DNA from: an uncultured Verrucomicrobiae bacterium
GTDB taxonomy: Bacteria; Verrucomicrobiota; Verrucomicrobiia; Limisphaerales; Palsa-1400
Direction of reading: 5' to 3'
Length of the DNA stretch: 64,000 nt
NCBI GenBank assembly: GCA_963702845.1
Contig: OY969763.1
Span: 416,001 to 480,000 of the forward strand
In this document: positions 29,873 through 39,606 of the stretch, in pieces
How positions within the stretch are numbered: the first letter of the stretch is position 1
How the letters are laid out: every line of letters begins with the position of its first letter
Notes under the pieces: model-generated
What the model saw: only the letters and a program-made list of their open reading frames with translations
Databases searched by the model: none
What the model was told of the DNA's origin: nothing
Program-made: the position numbers and the translations under genes

Positions 29873-32665
29873 TTAGTTCCCTTGGATAACGGTGTATCCG
29901 CTAAGCAGGCTGCCGAGCCAGAAGCCGGCGGCGATATTTTGCTTCTGAAATACGACGCCTTGGAAGGAAACGGTTCGGTTCGTTGCCGGGTCGATAAAGC
30001 TACCGTTCATCAGACCCGTGCCATTTGACAAGCTCACGCGGAAGCGAATCGAAGAGCCGGTGTCATCCGTGATAAACCGATTGAATTGATCAAGTGTTCC
30101 AGTGAAATCAAATTCACCCGCAATATCTGCACCGCCGATGGCGACGGAAACATTGTCGGGAACGAGGTCGAGGCTCAGCACGTTATTGCCACGGGGTGCG
30201 GGTGTGAACAGGGAACCGACAAGGCTCGACTGGACCGTAAACCCGTTTGGATAAATCGGTGAGCCGGATTGGCGACGGAACCATGTGACTTCACCATCCA
30301 TATCGGATGTGCCGGGGATGTCTTCGATCGTGATTTGGCCCAGGGCCATTTCTGAGCCGTTCACCCAAGTGAAAAACGGCCAAGTGTCATCCCCTGCCAG
30401 AGCTGTTGTGCGCGAGATGGTGGTGCCGTCGGCCAATCGGCCAAAGTAACTAATCGTGCCGGAGGTGGTGACGATTACGGTTGCGTAACCTGCGCCTTGT
30501 GGTTGGTCGGGGGAGTCACCACCAGGAATCAAAACAGTGTAGCGTCCGGCTGTAGCAGGATTCGTCCGCGCATTCCAAATCCAGCGATCGGATGAAATCG
30601 CCGCAGTGACTGAGCCGTCGTCGATTGTGCCGGTGAGTTGGTCGGACGAATCGTCGACATGCAACTGGAGGATGATTTGGTAACTCGTGCCGCCGCGCAC
30701 GATTGTGGTTGAGTAATCGCCGTCGCCGGTGAATTTGCCAGCGAAACTGAAGACTTGCCGACCCAAGTAGAGCATCGCGCTGAATGCGCCAGAGGAACCG
30801 ACGGTCGCGCGGAAACAGCCCTCGTGATCGATGTCCGGCTGATCGGTCGTGACGAGACCATTATATTGGCCCATGACTGGTATGAATGGATTGGGAACGA
30901 AGTTGGCCTGCAGGCCGAGGTCCTGCTGCATAGTGAACGTAATCGTCTGCGAACTGGAAGTGACATCGCCAGACCAGCCATTAAAGACGTAACCGGCGGC
31001 AGGAATCGCTGTCATAGTGGAACGCTGGCCGATTTGAATCATCCTGCCATCCAGGTTCGGAGAAACGGTGCCACTACCGCTGATCCCGACGCTGAGTTGG
31101 CTGCTTTGAAGATAGGTTAAAGTCCATGTAACAATGGTCGATTGATTTCCTGAAGTATCGACGGATTTCACCTTGATGGTGTTCGGCCCGGCGTTGAGGT
31201 TGAGTTGCATTTGCCACGACGTGGTGCCGTCGGCGTGTTGGTAAGTGTCCGAGTTAACTGCTACCAATACCTGTGCGACGGCGATGTTGTCGCTCGCGGT
31301 GCCGTGTAAAACGGGATTGTTGGTCAACAAACGTGAACCATTTACAGGGCCTTGAACGATCACGCGTGGCGGAGTGGATTCTGGAGGAGCATCGGAGACA
31401 GTGATGTTTGCGGTGTCCGAGGCATTGCGGTTGTCGCGTGCGGTTACGACTGCTTGAATTCTATAGCTGCCTTTAGCTGCGCTGTTAATGGCCGCGGTAT
31501 ACGGGGGGGCGGTGTCGACGGCGACACTCGCGCCGTTGACAAAGAATTCCACTTTTTGCACGCCTGCGCCTGCGCCTGCTGTTGCGTTTAGAGTGATGGT
31601 CGCACCGGTGTTGAAATTCGCGCCATCGACGGGTGACGTGAGCGTGATTGAAGGCGGACTGACCGTGCCGCCGCTTCCGCCAACGCGCGCGACGACGACT
31701 GTTTGATCAACCCGGCCGTAACCGAGAGTGCCTTGCGGAGAGTAGGCGACGCATTGGACGTTCGCGACATTGCTCGTGTAGGTGCGAGTGACTGCGCCGT
31801 CGGAAGTGCGCGCCAATTTGATCGAGTTGCCTTCGCCGGTTGTGAACGCGAATGTGGCGCTGTCCGGACTGAAGGCGACGCCGTAAATATTTCCGTTATT
31901 GTTGCCGATGCTGAATCGCAATGAACCATCGGAAACGTTCCAGACTTTGGCGGTTTGATCGTAGCTGCCGGTGCCGATGTAGGCGCCGTTGGCAGACCAC
32001 GCGATGGCGTAAATGCTGTCGGTGTGGCCTTGCAAGGTGTTGACGGTGGCCCAATCAGACGTACGACGGATCGTCACGATGTTGTCGCCGCCCGCCGACG
32101 CCAACATGTTGCCGTCCGGCGAAAAGACGACGCATCGTTTTTGATCGGCGCTGGTGAAGGTTTTCAACAATGCGCCGCTGGAACTCCATACTTTAATGGT
32201 GGAATCGAAGCTGGCGGTTGCAAACATTGTTCCGGTCGGCGAAAAGGCGCAGCCCACGACCCAATCGGTATGGCCGGCCAACGTTTGCAAGGTGCCCGCC
32301 GGCAAGGTCCAAAGCTTGACGCCCTTAAAATTGACGGACACGAGCTTCGTGCCATTGGGACTAATCGCAAGCGACTCGATGGAATTGTCGTGAATCTCCG
32401 CCGCGTTCGCATCGAGCGTTTGCTGCAATGTTCCATCGGAGGCGTTCCAAATGTTAATGAGTCGATCGGAACTTCCTGTGATGAATTGCGAACCATCGTG
32501 CGAAAAAGCACAGGTATTGATTCGATCGGAGTTCGTTGCACTTTGCCAAATAATGTCTGGAGAAGAGCTTTGCGATAACGCGGTAAATGGACTCAACGCG
32601 AAAGCTAACAGACAGCATCCCACCGAGCTTTTGAGTGGGCCAAGTCTACATCCTTTTCTAACCAT
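29873..32665 (-). CDS. Secreted WD40 beta-propeller protein with Ig-like domains, InlB-B-like repeat and ~340-aa C-terminal beta domain
   Basis: Signal peptide, ~7 repeats of GHTDxV...FSPDG...S.D.TIKVW type, ITLTSP.DGA Ig modes, F.GWSG...QANF. Confidence 0.85.
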   Translation of the reverse strand: MVRKGCRLGPLKSSVGCCLLAFALSPFTALSQSSSPDIIWQSATNSDRINTCAFSHDGSQFITGSSDRLINIWNASDGTLQQTLDANAAEIHDNSIESLAISPNGTKLVSVNFKGVKLWTLPAGTLQTLAGHTDWVVGCAFSPTGTMFATASFDSTIKVWSSSGALLKTFTSADQKRCVVFSPDGNMLASAGGDNIVTIRRTSDWATVNTLQGHTDSIYAIAWSANGAYIGTGSYDQTAKVWNVSDGSLRFSIGNNNGNIYGVAFSPDSATFAFTTGEGNSIKLARTSDGAVTRTYTSNVANVQCVAYSPQGTLGYGRVDQTVVVARVGGSGGTVSPPSITLTSPVDGANFNTGATITLNATAGAGAGVQKVEFFVNGASVAVDTAPPYTAAINSAAKGSYRIQAVVTARDNRNASDTANITVSDAPPESTPPRVIVQGPVNGSRLLTNNPVLHGTASDNIAVAQVLVAVNSDTYQHADGTTSWQMQLNLNAGPNTIKVKSVDTSGNQSTIVTWTLTYLQSSQLSVGISGSGTVSPNLDGRMIQIGQRSTMTAIPAAGYVFNGWSGDVTSSSQTITFTMQQDLGLQANFVPNPFIPVMGQYNGLVTTDQPDIDHEGCFRATVGSSGAFSAMLYLGRQVFSFAGKFTGDGDYSTTIVRGGTSYQIILQLHVDDSSDQLTGTIDDGSVTAAISSDRWIWNARTNPATAGRYTVLIPGGDSPDQPQGAGYATVIVTTSGTISYFGRLADGTTISRTTALAGDDTWPFFTWVNGSEMALGQITIEDIPGTSDMDGEVTWFRRQSGSPIYPNGFTVQSSLVGSLFTPAPRGNNVLSLDLVPDNVSVAIGGADIAGEFDFTGTLDQFNRFITDDTGSSIRFRVSLSNGTGLMNGSFIDPATNRTVSFQGVVFQKQNIAAGFWLGSLLSGYTVIQGN

Positions 32666-32860
32666 ACGACGCCACCCATTACAGCAAAATGCGTGAGCGT
32701 CATGTATCCGGTTGAGTGCTGTTTAAAAAATCGGGACTGAAGTAGAAAATGGACGGGGGATTTTACTGAAGCATTAACCACGGAATACACGGATTACTCA
32801 GATGCGAAATCTGGTTCGGACCCAAAAAACAGTTCTTCATTGTGATAAAAATAAAAAATA

Positions 32861-32897
32861 AAAAAACAAAAAACCCGGAGCATTGCTGCTCCGGGTT
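32861..32897 (-). terminator. Rho-independent terminator of the GH9 gene
   Basis: AACCCGGAGCA-ttgc-TGCTCCGGGTT followed by a U-rich tract on the minus strand. Confidence 0.85.
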
Positions 32898-32922
32898 GTG
32901 TTGTTTGGACTAAACTTTCAGC

Positions 32923-35900
32923 TTACAGCGACGAACTGACCGTCACGTTGCTGACCGACGCGGTGCCGGACGTCGTATTATTGTGCGACGTCATCGGGAT
33001 ACCGACGTAGATGGTGCTGGCCATGCTGATCGTGTCAGCGCCGACCTGCGTCCAGCTCGTGCCGTTGGACGAAACATACGCGGTGAACGTGTTACCGTTG
33101 CGCGACAGCTTCACCCAATACGGCGCAGCATAGTTACCACCCGCCGTGTTGACCATGTAACCACCGGTGCTTTGACGGCGTTGATAAGCCGTGCCTGCGC
33201 CAGAGCTGACTACCATCATCGCATGCGATGAATTGGCGTTCAACGTTTCACGGAACATGACACCAGCCTTGGCCCACGGATCAGTGTTCTGAACCGAGTT
33301 GACCTTCGCGATGATGCTGCCGTTGCCAGACCACTTCTGATAGACGTAGTGGAACGCGTCAGCGGTGTTCCAGATGTCAGCGCCCGAGCCACTGATGCTG
33401 AACGTGCCGTTGGTCAACGTGCCGCTGCCGGCTTTACCGACGCTGCCGATGTCGCTTTGCGACCACGGAGCAGGCAAGCCACTCACAGTGCGGACGTTGC
33501 TGAACGTCGACTTGTTCAAGGTGCTGCTGCTGGTGTGCGCATTCACCGCGAGACCGACGTAGATCGAGCTCGCCATGCTGATGGTCGTCGAGCTGACTTG
33601 CGTCCAGGCGCTGCCGTCAGTTGAGACGTAGCTGGTGAACACATTGCCAGCGCGAACCAAACGCACCCAATAAGGCGCCTTCACGTTTGCACCAGACACG
33701 TTATAGCTGGTGCCACCGGTCGTGCTGCGGTATTGCATTGCTGCACCTGCGCCCGAGCTGATGAGGGCCAACGCATGGGTCGAGGTGGCGGTCAGGTTCT
33801 CACGGAACATGACACCGGCCTTCGCCCAGGGATCAGTGTTCTGGACACTGTTCACTTGCGCGATGATTTCGCCGTCACCAGTCCACGGCTGATAGACATA
33901 CTGGAAGGCATCGGAGACGCCCCAGATGTCCGTGCCGGAACCATTCACGACGAACGTGCCGTTGCTGAGCGTGCCGCTACCGGCAGTGCTGACAGGACCG
34001 ATGTCCTTGCTCACCCACGGAGCAGCCAAGCTGCCGACAGTGTTCGTAGGCACGGTGTTCGTGCCACCGCTGCTGTTCGTGTCGGTGCCGTTGGTGCTCG
34101 TCAGCGAGCCATTCACGGTGATGCTATCGAGGATTGCATTGTCCAATCCATTGGTCGTCGTATGCGCGGTCGAGCACAAGCCGACGAAGGCGTTGGTGCC
34201 CATGCTCATCGTTTGTGTGCCAACCAGCGTCCAGTTATTACCGTCTGCAGAGACGTAGCTGTTGAACGTGCTGTTCGTGCGCGTCATACGGACCCAGTAA
34301 GGCGCGGTCACATTCGGACCGGCGGTATGGGCGGTGATTCCACCCGCACTGGCGCGGCGTTGGAACGCAGAGCCTGCACCGGCGCTGACGACAGTCATTG
34401 CTTGCGGCGAGCTTGCGCTCAACGTTTCACGGATCATGACACCAGACTTCGCCCATGGATCGGTCGGATCGACTTTCACCACGCGGGCGATGATGTCACC
34501 ATTGCCGTTGAGCGGCTGATAGGCGTATTGGAACGCATCGGCGGTGCCCCAGATGTCGGCGCCACTTCCGCTGACCTGGAAGGTGCCGTTGCTCGAGGTC
34601 GAATTACCGGCGACCTGCACAGTGCCGATGTCTGAATTAGTCCACGGCGTAGGCAACGGACCAGTGATCAGCGTGCTGCCGCTGTTGTTGGTCGAGCCAG
34701 TGCCAGTATCCGTGTTCGTGCTGCCCGAACCGTTGGTGCTGGTCGAGCCAGCCAACGTGAACAGAGCAGTCGTCACAGGACTATTCGTGCCATTCGAGCT
34801 GCTGCAAGCATTGATCGTGCAGGTCTGCGTCACCGTAAACGGCAACGTGTAGGCTGTCGAACTGCTCGTCGGCAATGAACCGTCGGTCGTGTAGACGATC
34901 TGCGCTCCAGGTGTCGCGCTCGCGAGAGTCACGAGGACGGAGTTGTCGAACGTGCCGCCATTAGGCGTGACAGTCGGAGCACCAGCCACAGAGTTCGTTG
35001 GAACGCTGTTCGTCGGAACACTCGAATCGTTCGTGATTGTGATCGAAACAGGCGCGGACGTTGCGATAACGCCGGTGCTGTCTGTCGCACGCGCAGTCAG
35101 GCTATAAGTGCCGAACGGGGCGTTGGTCCAGGTAAACGAATACGGAGCGCTCGTATCGGCGCCCAACAAGGTCGAGCCCTGATAGAACGAGACGTTGGTC
35201 ACGCTCGTGCTGGATGGATTCGCCGTGATGGTCACGTTGCTGCTGCCTGCGTAAACCGCGCCGGTGATCGGCGAAGTAATCGACACAACAGCAGGCGAGT
35301 TGGTGACGGTGCCGGGGCGGACGTTGCGCACCACGACTTCGTCGATCCAACCGTCAATGTTACCGAGCGTCAGCGTCGCTGTGCCGCTGGTGTTCTTGAA
35401 GTTGGCGAAGTCAGCGCTCGCCTTCGTGTAAACAGTCGTGCCGTCCACCTTGTAAGCGTAACCGGTGCTATCGATTGTCATGACGAGGTGATGCCACTTC
35501 TGCGGCGTCATCGCGGTGGTGGCCGCATCAAACGTACTGCCAGAGCGGAACGAAGGGCCGGCATACATGTTTTCATACAGCTCAAGGCTCGCGTTCCAGT
35601 TCTTCTGGAGCGCCACGATTTCCACGTTGGCGCGGCTGTAAGCCTTGTAAGTGTTCACGTAAACCATCGCTTCAACCGTGATCGCAGTCGTGTCCGAAGA
35701 CACCAACTGGTTCGCCGGGATGTTCGCGACAGTGTAATTATTGATGTCGAGCGTGTGTTGCGCGGCACCACTACGGCTGGCGCTGCTCATCCAGCCCACG
35801 TTGCTGTTGTCGAGCGCGACGGTGCCGGTGCTGGCCAACGCCGGCGATTTGCCGGTCGAATCCGAGTAATCGGTATCGAGGTGATACAACGCAGCCATGC

Positions 35901-38616
35901 TGCTGTTTGCCGTATAAGGCGTGGACAAATCGCCGTTCGCCGGAGCATTGGTCGCCGTCGTCGCATTGAACGACGCCTGCGCGAACACGCGGCGGCCATC
36001 AGGCAACGCAGCTTCCACTTCCACCCATTGCGGGCCAGGGTTCAGAGCTGCGAAGTTGAACGTCGCTCCCGGAGTCGGCTGCTGGTCGCGGCCTTCCCAC
36101 ACGAGAGTCGCTTTGCTCATGTCGATACCTGGAACGCTCAAGGTAGCGCTCATTGGCTGCAACGCAGCGACGCTCGCCGGAATACCAACAATCGTGCCGG
36201 TCGCCGACTTCCACGCCTGCGTCTTGTAATTGCTACGGCCCATCAAGAACGTAACTGCACCGTAAGCATGACCCGCTTGCGGGTTCACGAATTCGGTCAA
36301 GGTGTTGAACGTATCACCCCAACGATCATACATCGGATAGCGGCCAGTACCGGTGTCGCTCGGGTAATTGAGCGGTCCGAGCGTATTGCCGTAAACGGTC
36401 AAGCCGGTGAAGCCAGTCTGTTCGGCGCCTTGCGGAATACCGGTCGGCGGCAACTGACGGCGATCGAGGTCAGCATATTGGTTGACCGTCTCACGCTGGC
36501 GTTTCGGGCCAACACCGTTCAAGAAACCTTGGTTCAACGGATTACAACCAGCTTCATAGTTCATGTCGCCGATGATGCAATCGATATAGGACTGCTTGTT
36601 GGTGATTTGATACGCCACTGCGCAATCAAAGCCCATGTTCACCGAGAAGAACCAACCAGCGGTGTCATACGGCTTGTTAGCATCCGGGAACGCTTGATTG
36701 TAAGCGTTGTGCGCGGCCCAGTTCACGTTGTCATCGCCGCATTGGACGAGCTGTTGCTCGCACTTGGCGAGGAATGTCGGATCAAGCTGGCTCTGTTGCA
36801 AACGGCCAGTGCGGGCTGCGAACGCATACGTGCGCATGGCGCAACCATAAGCTTCAAACCCGCGCCACCAACCCCACAACACCGTGTTCGGGTCAGCGGG
36901 ATTGTAATGCGCGATCAAGTCGTTCTGATACTGCGCTTCGCCGGTCGCGGCATACAAAGCTGCAGCGGCCCACGCGAGTTCGTCGTTATGACCGAACTGA
37001 TTGCCGTAGTGAGTAATCTTTTGGTAAGAACCATCACGGCCGTACTTGGCGATAGCGTTCTGCAAGAACTGCCAACCCAATTTCGCTTTGGCCAAATAGT
37101 TCGCTGCTTCAGCAGGGAACTGCGCCTTCATCGTCGGCGAGGAACCTGCTTCCGCCAGCGCGCCAACGGCGGCCGCAGTCACAGCAGTGGTCTTCGGGAA
37201 CACGACTTGAGGGTCACCCAAATCAGTGCCGGTCAGAGTTACGGTATCTTCGTACTGACGATTCTTCGGATACACCAGGAAGTAGAACCCACCGTCGGTA
37301 TCTTGCAACTTGGCGAGGAAGTCAGCTTCCCACTTGGCTTCCTGCAACACGTCGGACTTGCCGTCGCCGGATTCAGGAAGGCCCATGTTGTCGAGATCCT
37401 TCACGCCAGGGAACGCGTCCACGGCGAAGGTCAACGAGTGCAACAACTGTGCAATGTTGATCGTATACTTCGAATAGTCGCCGGCGTCATGATGACCGCC
37501 AGAAACATCGATCGGGTTCTTGTTCACGAACGGATACAAGCTCGAGTTCACGTCCTTCAATTGAGGCGTGCCTGCCGCTTGAGAGCTCGCGTAATCGGAG
37601 CTCATGCTGGCCAACTCCTGGTTGACCGCGCTGTATGTCATGTCCGGAATCGACGCTTTGGCCACATGGCAAGCGTCTTTCACGAAGCGCGTATAAGGAT
37701 AGGTATTCGCACCACCGCAACGCGCGTGGTACAGACCCAATGCGTAGGTGCGTGCGAACAACGACGTAATACCGTCATCGATCAAAAACGCATACGAAGC
37801 GCCGAGACCCGGCACCTGCAAGCGATATTCACCAGGCGTGGTAAACGCCGTGAAATCAGCTTCCAACACCGCTTGGTAAGCCGAGTAGTTGAACCCGACG
37901 TCCTTACGGCTGGTCAACGTGCCGCTGAACACCTTCGCGCCGCTGTTGGCGTCAATGATGTTGTAGGCGGTGCCGGCAGCAACCTGCAATTCGCCGAGGT
38001 TACCGAGGTAATAACCGACCATGCCTTTTTTGGCATTGTTTGGCATATAACCTTCGGCATTGACGTGAATCGCCGGGCTTAAACGCTGCGCGTCGTTGGT
38101 TGCGGTGTAAGTCACCGAAGTGTTCCACAACGAGTTGTCGGGGTTTTTCACCGTGACGGTCGCGCCGTCAGGGATCGAGCCGCTCAAGTTCAGATACAAA
38201 CTGTTCTGAATGCGCAGATCGAATTTATCCTTCGGCGTATACAGCGGACGACGCTTGAAGCCGACCGACGTGACGCTGACGGACGAATTGTTCGCCGTCA
38301 CTGCGAACTTCGATGTCGCCGGCATGCCGGTGACGAAGTTCCAGTTCGTCGGAGTCGTGCTGCCTGATGGCGCACTATTGATGTAAGTGAGTTCCAACAA
38401 TGTTGGAGTGATGACGCGTAGCCCGTAGTCACCCACCGATGGCATTCTCATCGGGTTAATATCGGTGATATTCGTCGGCGTAGCATTCGGGAGGATGACC
38501 GGATTGTTTGCGGCCATGGCTCCGTGCGCAAGGACAAGTGTGGCGCCTGCAACCACTAGGGATGCGGCCTTAAAGGCCTGACGCATTAATTTTCCTGCAA
38601 TTTTTCTCATCTTCAT
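32923..38616 (-). CDS. Modular secreted GH9 glycoside hydrolase (Ig-like N domain, GH9, LamG-like, Ig, FN3-associated, three C-terminal beta-sandwich repeats)
   Basis: DFTAFTTPGEYRL, GGHHDAGDYSKY, DELAWAAAALY, C-terminal catalytic Glu region DTFNTLTEF; three P.PW...DIG...WAKAGVM.RE repeats. Confidence 0.88.
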   Translation of the reverse strand: MKMRKIAGKLMRQAFKAASLVVAGATLVLAHGAMAANNPVILPNATPTNITDINPMRMPSVGDYGLRVITPTLLELTYINSAPSGSTTPTNWNFVTGMPATSKFAVTANNSSVSVTSVGFKRRPLYTPKDKFDLRIQNSLYLNLSGSIPDGATVTVKNPDNSLWNTSVTYTATNDAQRLSPAIHVNAEGYMPNNAKKGMVGYYLGNLGELQVAAGTAYNIIDANSGAKVFSGTLTSRKDVGFNYSAYQAVLEADFTAFTTPGEYRLQVPGLGASYAFLIDDGITSLFARTYALGLYHARCGGANTYPYTRFVKDACHVAKASIPDMTYSAVNQELASMSSDYASSQAAGTPQLKDVNSSLYPFVNKNPIDVSGGHHDAGDYSKYTINIAQLLHSLTFAVDAFPGVKDLDNMGLPESGDGKSDVLQEAKWEADFLAKLQDTDGGFYFLVYPKNRQYEDTVTLTGTDLGDPQVVFPKTTAVTAAAVGALAEAGSSPTMKAQFPAEAANYLAKAKLGWQFLQNAIAKYGRDGSYQKITHYGNQFGHNDELAWAAAALYAATGEAQYQNDLIAHYNPADPNTVLWGWWRGFEAYGCAMRTYAFAARTGRLQQSQLDPTFLAKCEQQLVQCGDDNVNWAAHNAYNQAFPDANKPYDTAGWFFSVNMGFDCAVAYQITNKQSYIDCIIGDMNYEAGCNPLNQGFLNGVGPKRQRETVNQYADLDRRQLPPTGIPQGAEQTGFTGLTVYGNTLGPLNYPSDTGTGRYPMYDRWGDTFNTLTEFVNPQAGHAYGAVTFLMGRSNYKTQAWKSATGTIVGIPASVAALQPMSATLSVPGIDMSKATLVWEGRDQQPTPGATFNFAALNPGPQWVEVEAALPDGRRVFAQASFNATTATNAPANGDLSTPYTANSSMAALYHLDTDYSDSTGKSPALASTGTVALDNSNVGWMSSASRSGAAQHTLDINNYTVANIPANQLVSSDTTAITVEAMVYVNTYKAYSRANVEIVALQKNWNASLELYENMYAGPSFRSGSTFDAATTAMTPQKWHHLVMTIDSTGYAYKVDGTTVYTKASADFANFKNTSGTATLTLGNIDGWIDEVVVRNVRPGTVTNSPAVVSITSPITGAVYAGSSNVTITANPSSTSVTNVSFYQGSTLLGADTSAPYSFTWTNAPFGTYSLTARATDSTGVIATSAPVSITITNDSSVPTNSVPTNSVAGAPTVTPNGGTFDNSVLVTLASATPGAQIVYTTDGSLPTSSSTAYTLPFTVTQTCTINACSSSNGTNSPVTTALFTLAGSTSTNGSGSTNTDTGTGSTNNSGSTLITGPLPTPWTNSDIGTVQVAGNSTSSNGTFQVSGSGADIWGTADAFQYAYQPLNGNGDIIARVVKVDPTDPWAKSGVMIRETLSASSPQAMTVVSAGAGSAFQRRASAGGITAHTAGPNVTAPYWVRMTRTNSTFNSYVSADGNNWTLVGTQTMSMGTNAFVGLCSTAHTTTNGLDNAILDSITVNGSLTSTNGTDTNSSGGTNTVPTNTVGSLAAPWVSKDIGPVSTAGSGTLSNGTFVVNGSGTDIWGVSDAFQYVYQPWTGDGEIIAQVNSVQNTDPWAKAGVMFRENLTATSTHALALISSGAGAAMQYRSTTGGTSYNVSGANVKAPYWVRLVRAGNVFTSYVSTDGSAWTQVSSTTISMASSIYVGLAVNAHTSSSTLNKSTFSNVRTVSGLPAPWSQSDIGSVGKAGSGTLTNGTFSISGSGADIWNTADAFHYVYQKWSGNGSIIAKVNSVQNTDPWAKAGVMFRETLNANSSHAMMVVSSGAGTAYQRRQSTGGYMVNTAGGNYAAPYWVKLSRNGNTFTAYVSSNGTSWTQVGADTISMASTIYVGIPMTSHNNTTSGTASVSNVTVSSSL

Positions 38617-38824
38617 ATTGCTGTGCGGTCTCCATCAGGGTGCCTATCCACCTCGATGTTTGCTTTGGCCTGCCTCGAACTATCTCGGGGCTGCGACGCC
38701 AAAGCGGATTACCTCTCCGTGTTATCAGTGCTTTTTTTCGTATGTCGTGCCCGGTAATCGCCCTGACTCGACATCGTGCGCCCCTCCTCAGGGCACAATG
38801 AGTGCGAACACTCGCGGGTCATTG

Positions 38825-38840
38825 AGCAATGGATATGCCA
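38825..38840 (-). promoter_or_regulatory. Sigma-54 (-24/-12) promoter upstream of the GH9 gene
   Basis: Minus strand TGGCAT-ATCCA-TTGCT with GG-N10-GC spacing. Confidence 0.65.
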
Positions 38841-39042
38841 ACGCGAGAAACGGGCTGAATTAGCAGAAGAAGGTTCGAAATGTGTCCAGCTTTTGGATTC
38901 TGCTGTCTTGTGGGAACAATGTGCGGAGTTTTGCGGAAAAGTTTTCAGACACGAGTGTTCTAAATGGGGACGCGTTAGGGAAGGTGCGTCGCTTGGACGC
39001 ACCGCAAATATCCATCGTCATGCTCGATTGTGAATGTTGAAA

Positions 39043-39071
39043 TTGCCTCCCAACCGCCGCGCATATATAAT
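39043..39071 (+). promoter_or_regulatory. Sigma70 promoter of the toxin-antitoxin operon
   Basis: TTGCCT-17-TATAAT; GTG start codon at 39078. Confidence 0.7.
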
Positions 39072-39077
39072 TCAAAC

Positions 39078-39304
39078 GTGACCGCTGCTCTGCAGAACGA
39101 AGCTCTGGCACTGCCTGATTCCGAAAAGGCGAAGTTGATCAATGTGCTCTGGGAGTCGCTGTCGGATTCGGAAATCAAAAGGCGCGAAGCCGCGTGTGGG
39201 CCGCAGAATCTGAGCGCAGAATTGATGCGGTTAATTCCGGCGCACTAAAGACCCGCAGTGCGGAAGACGTTTTTGCAGATCTGAAGAAGCAATTTCGCAA
39301 GTGA
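39078..39304 (+). CDS. Addiction-module antitoxin, one frameshift
   Basis: Rejoined: MTAALQNEALALPDSEKAKLINVLWESL...WAAESERRIDAVNSG...AEDVFADLKK; GTGA overlap with toxin. Confidence 0.75.
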
Positions 39305-39599
39305 AAACTCGTTTCACTTCCGCAGCGGAATCGGAAATCAGGCAAGACGCTGGATACTACGACTCAAAGCAACCCGGACTTGCCGGACTTGGTGCCCAAT
39401 TTATTGAAGCGGTCGGAGCCGCAACTCACCTTATAGAGGCGTTTCCTCTGGCGTGGACGCCAATGTCGCCGAGAACCAGGCGATGTCGAACCCACCGATT
39501 TCCATTTAGTTTGTTCTACGAAGCGCGAGGCATGAAATTCTTATTTTAGCAGTGGTGGATTTGCGATCCGACCCAACCAAATTTGAGCAGTATTTATAG
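39301..39599 (+). CDS. RelE/ParE-family toxin, one frameshift
   Basis: F...AE.EI.....YY.....GLG..F, FP..W, RRC.THRFPFSLFY, EILILAV. Confidence 0.8.
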
Positions 39600-39606
39600 C
39601 TTAGGC

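Noticed and set aside
32923..34656. Diversity-generating retroelement template/variable repeats
   Set aside because: Repeats are in-frame domain duplications without adenine-specific differences; no reverse transcriptase in the window
35488..38082. 864-aa plus-strand ORF and similar long antisense ORFs (e.g. 9765..10637, 53363..54361, 54416..55471)
   Set aside because: Shadow frames opposite well-supported genes with strong codon bias; no motifs
38617..38815. c-di-GMP or other known riboswitch
   Set aside because: Consensus elements of the classes I can recognise were not found; reported only as a structured leader
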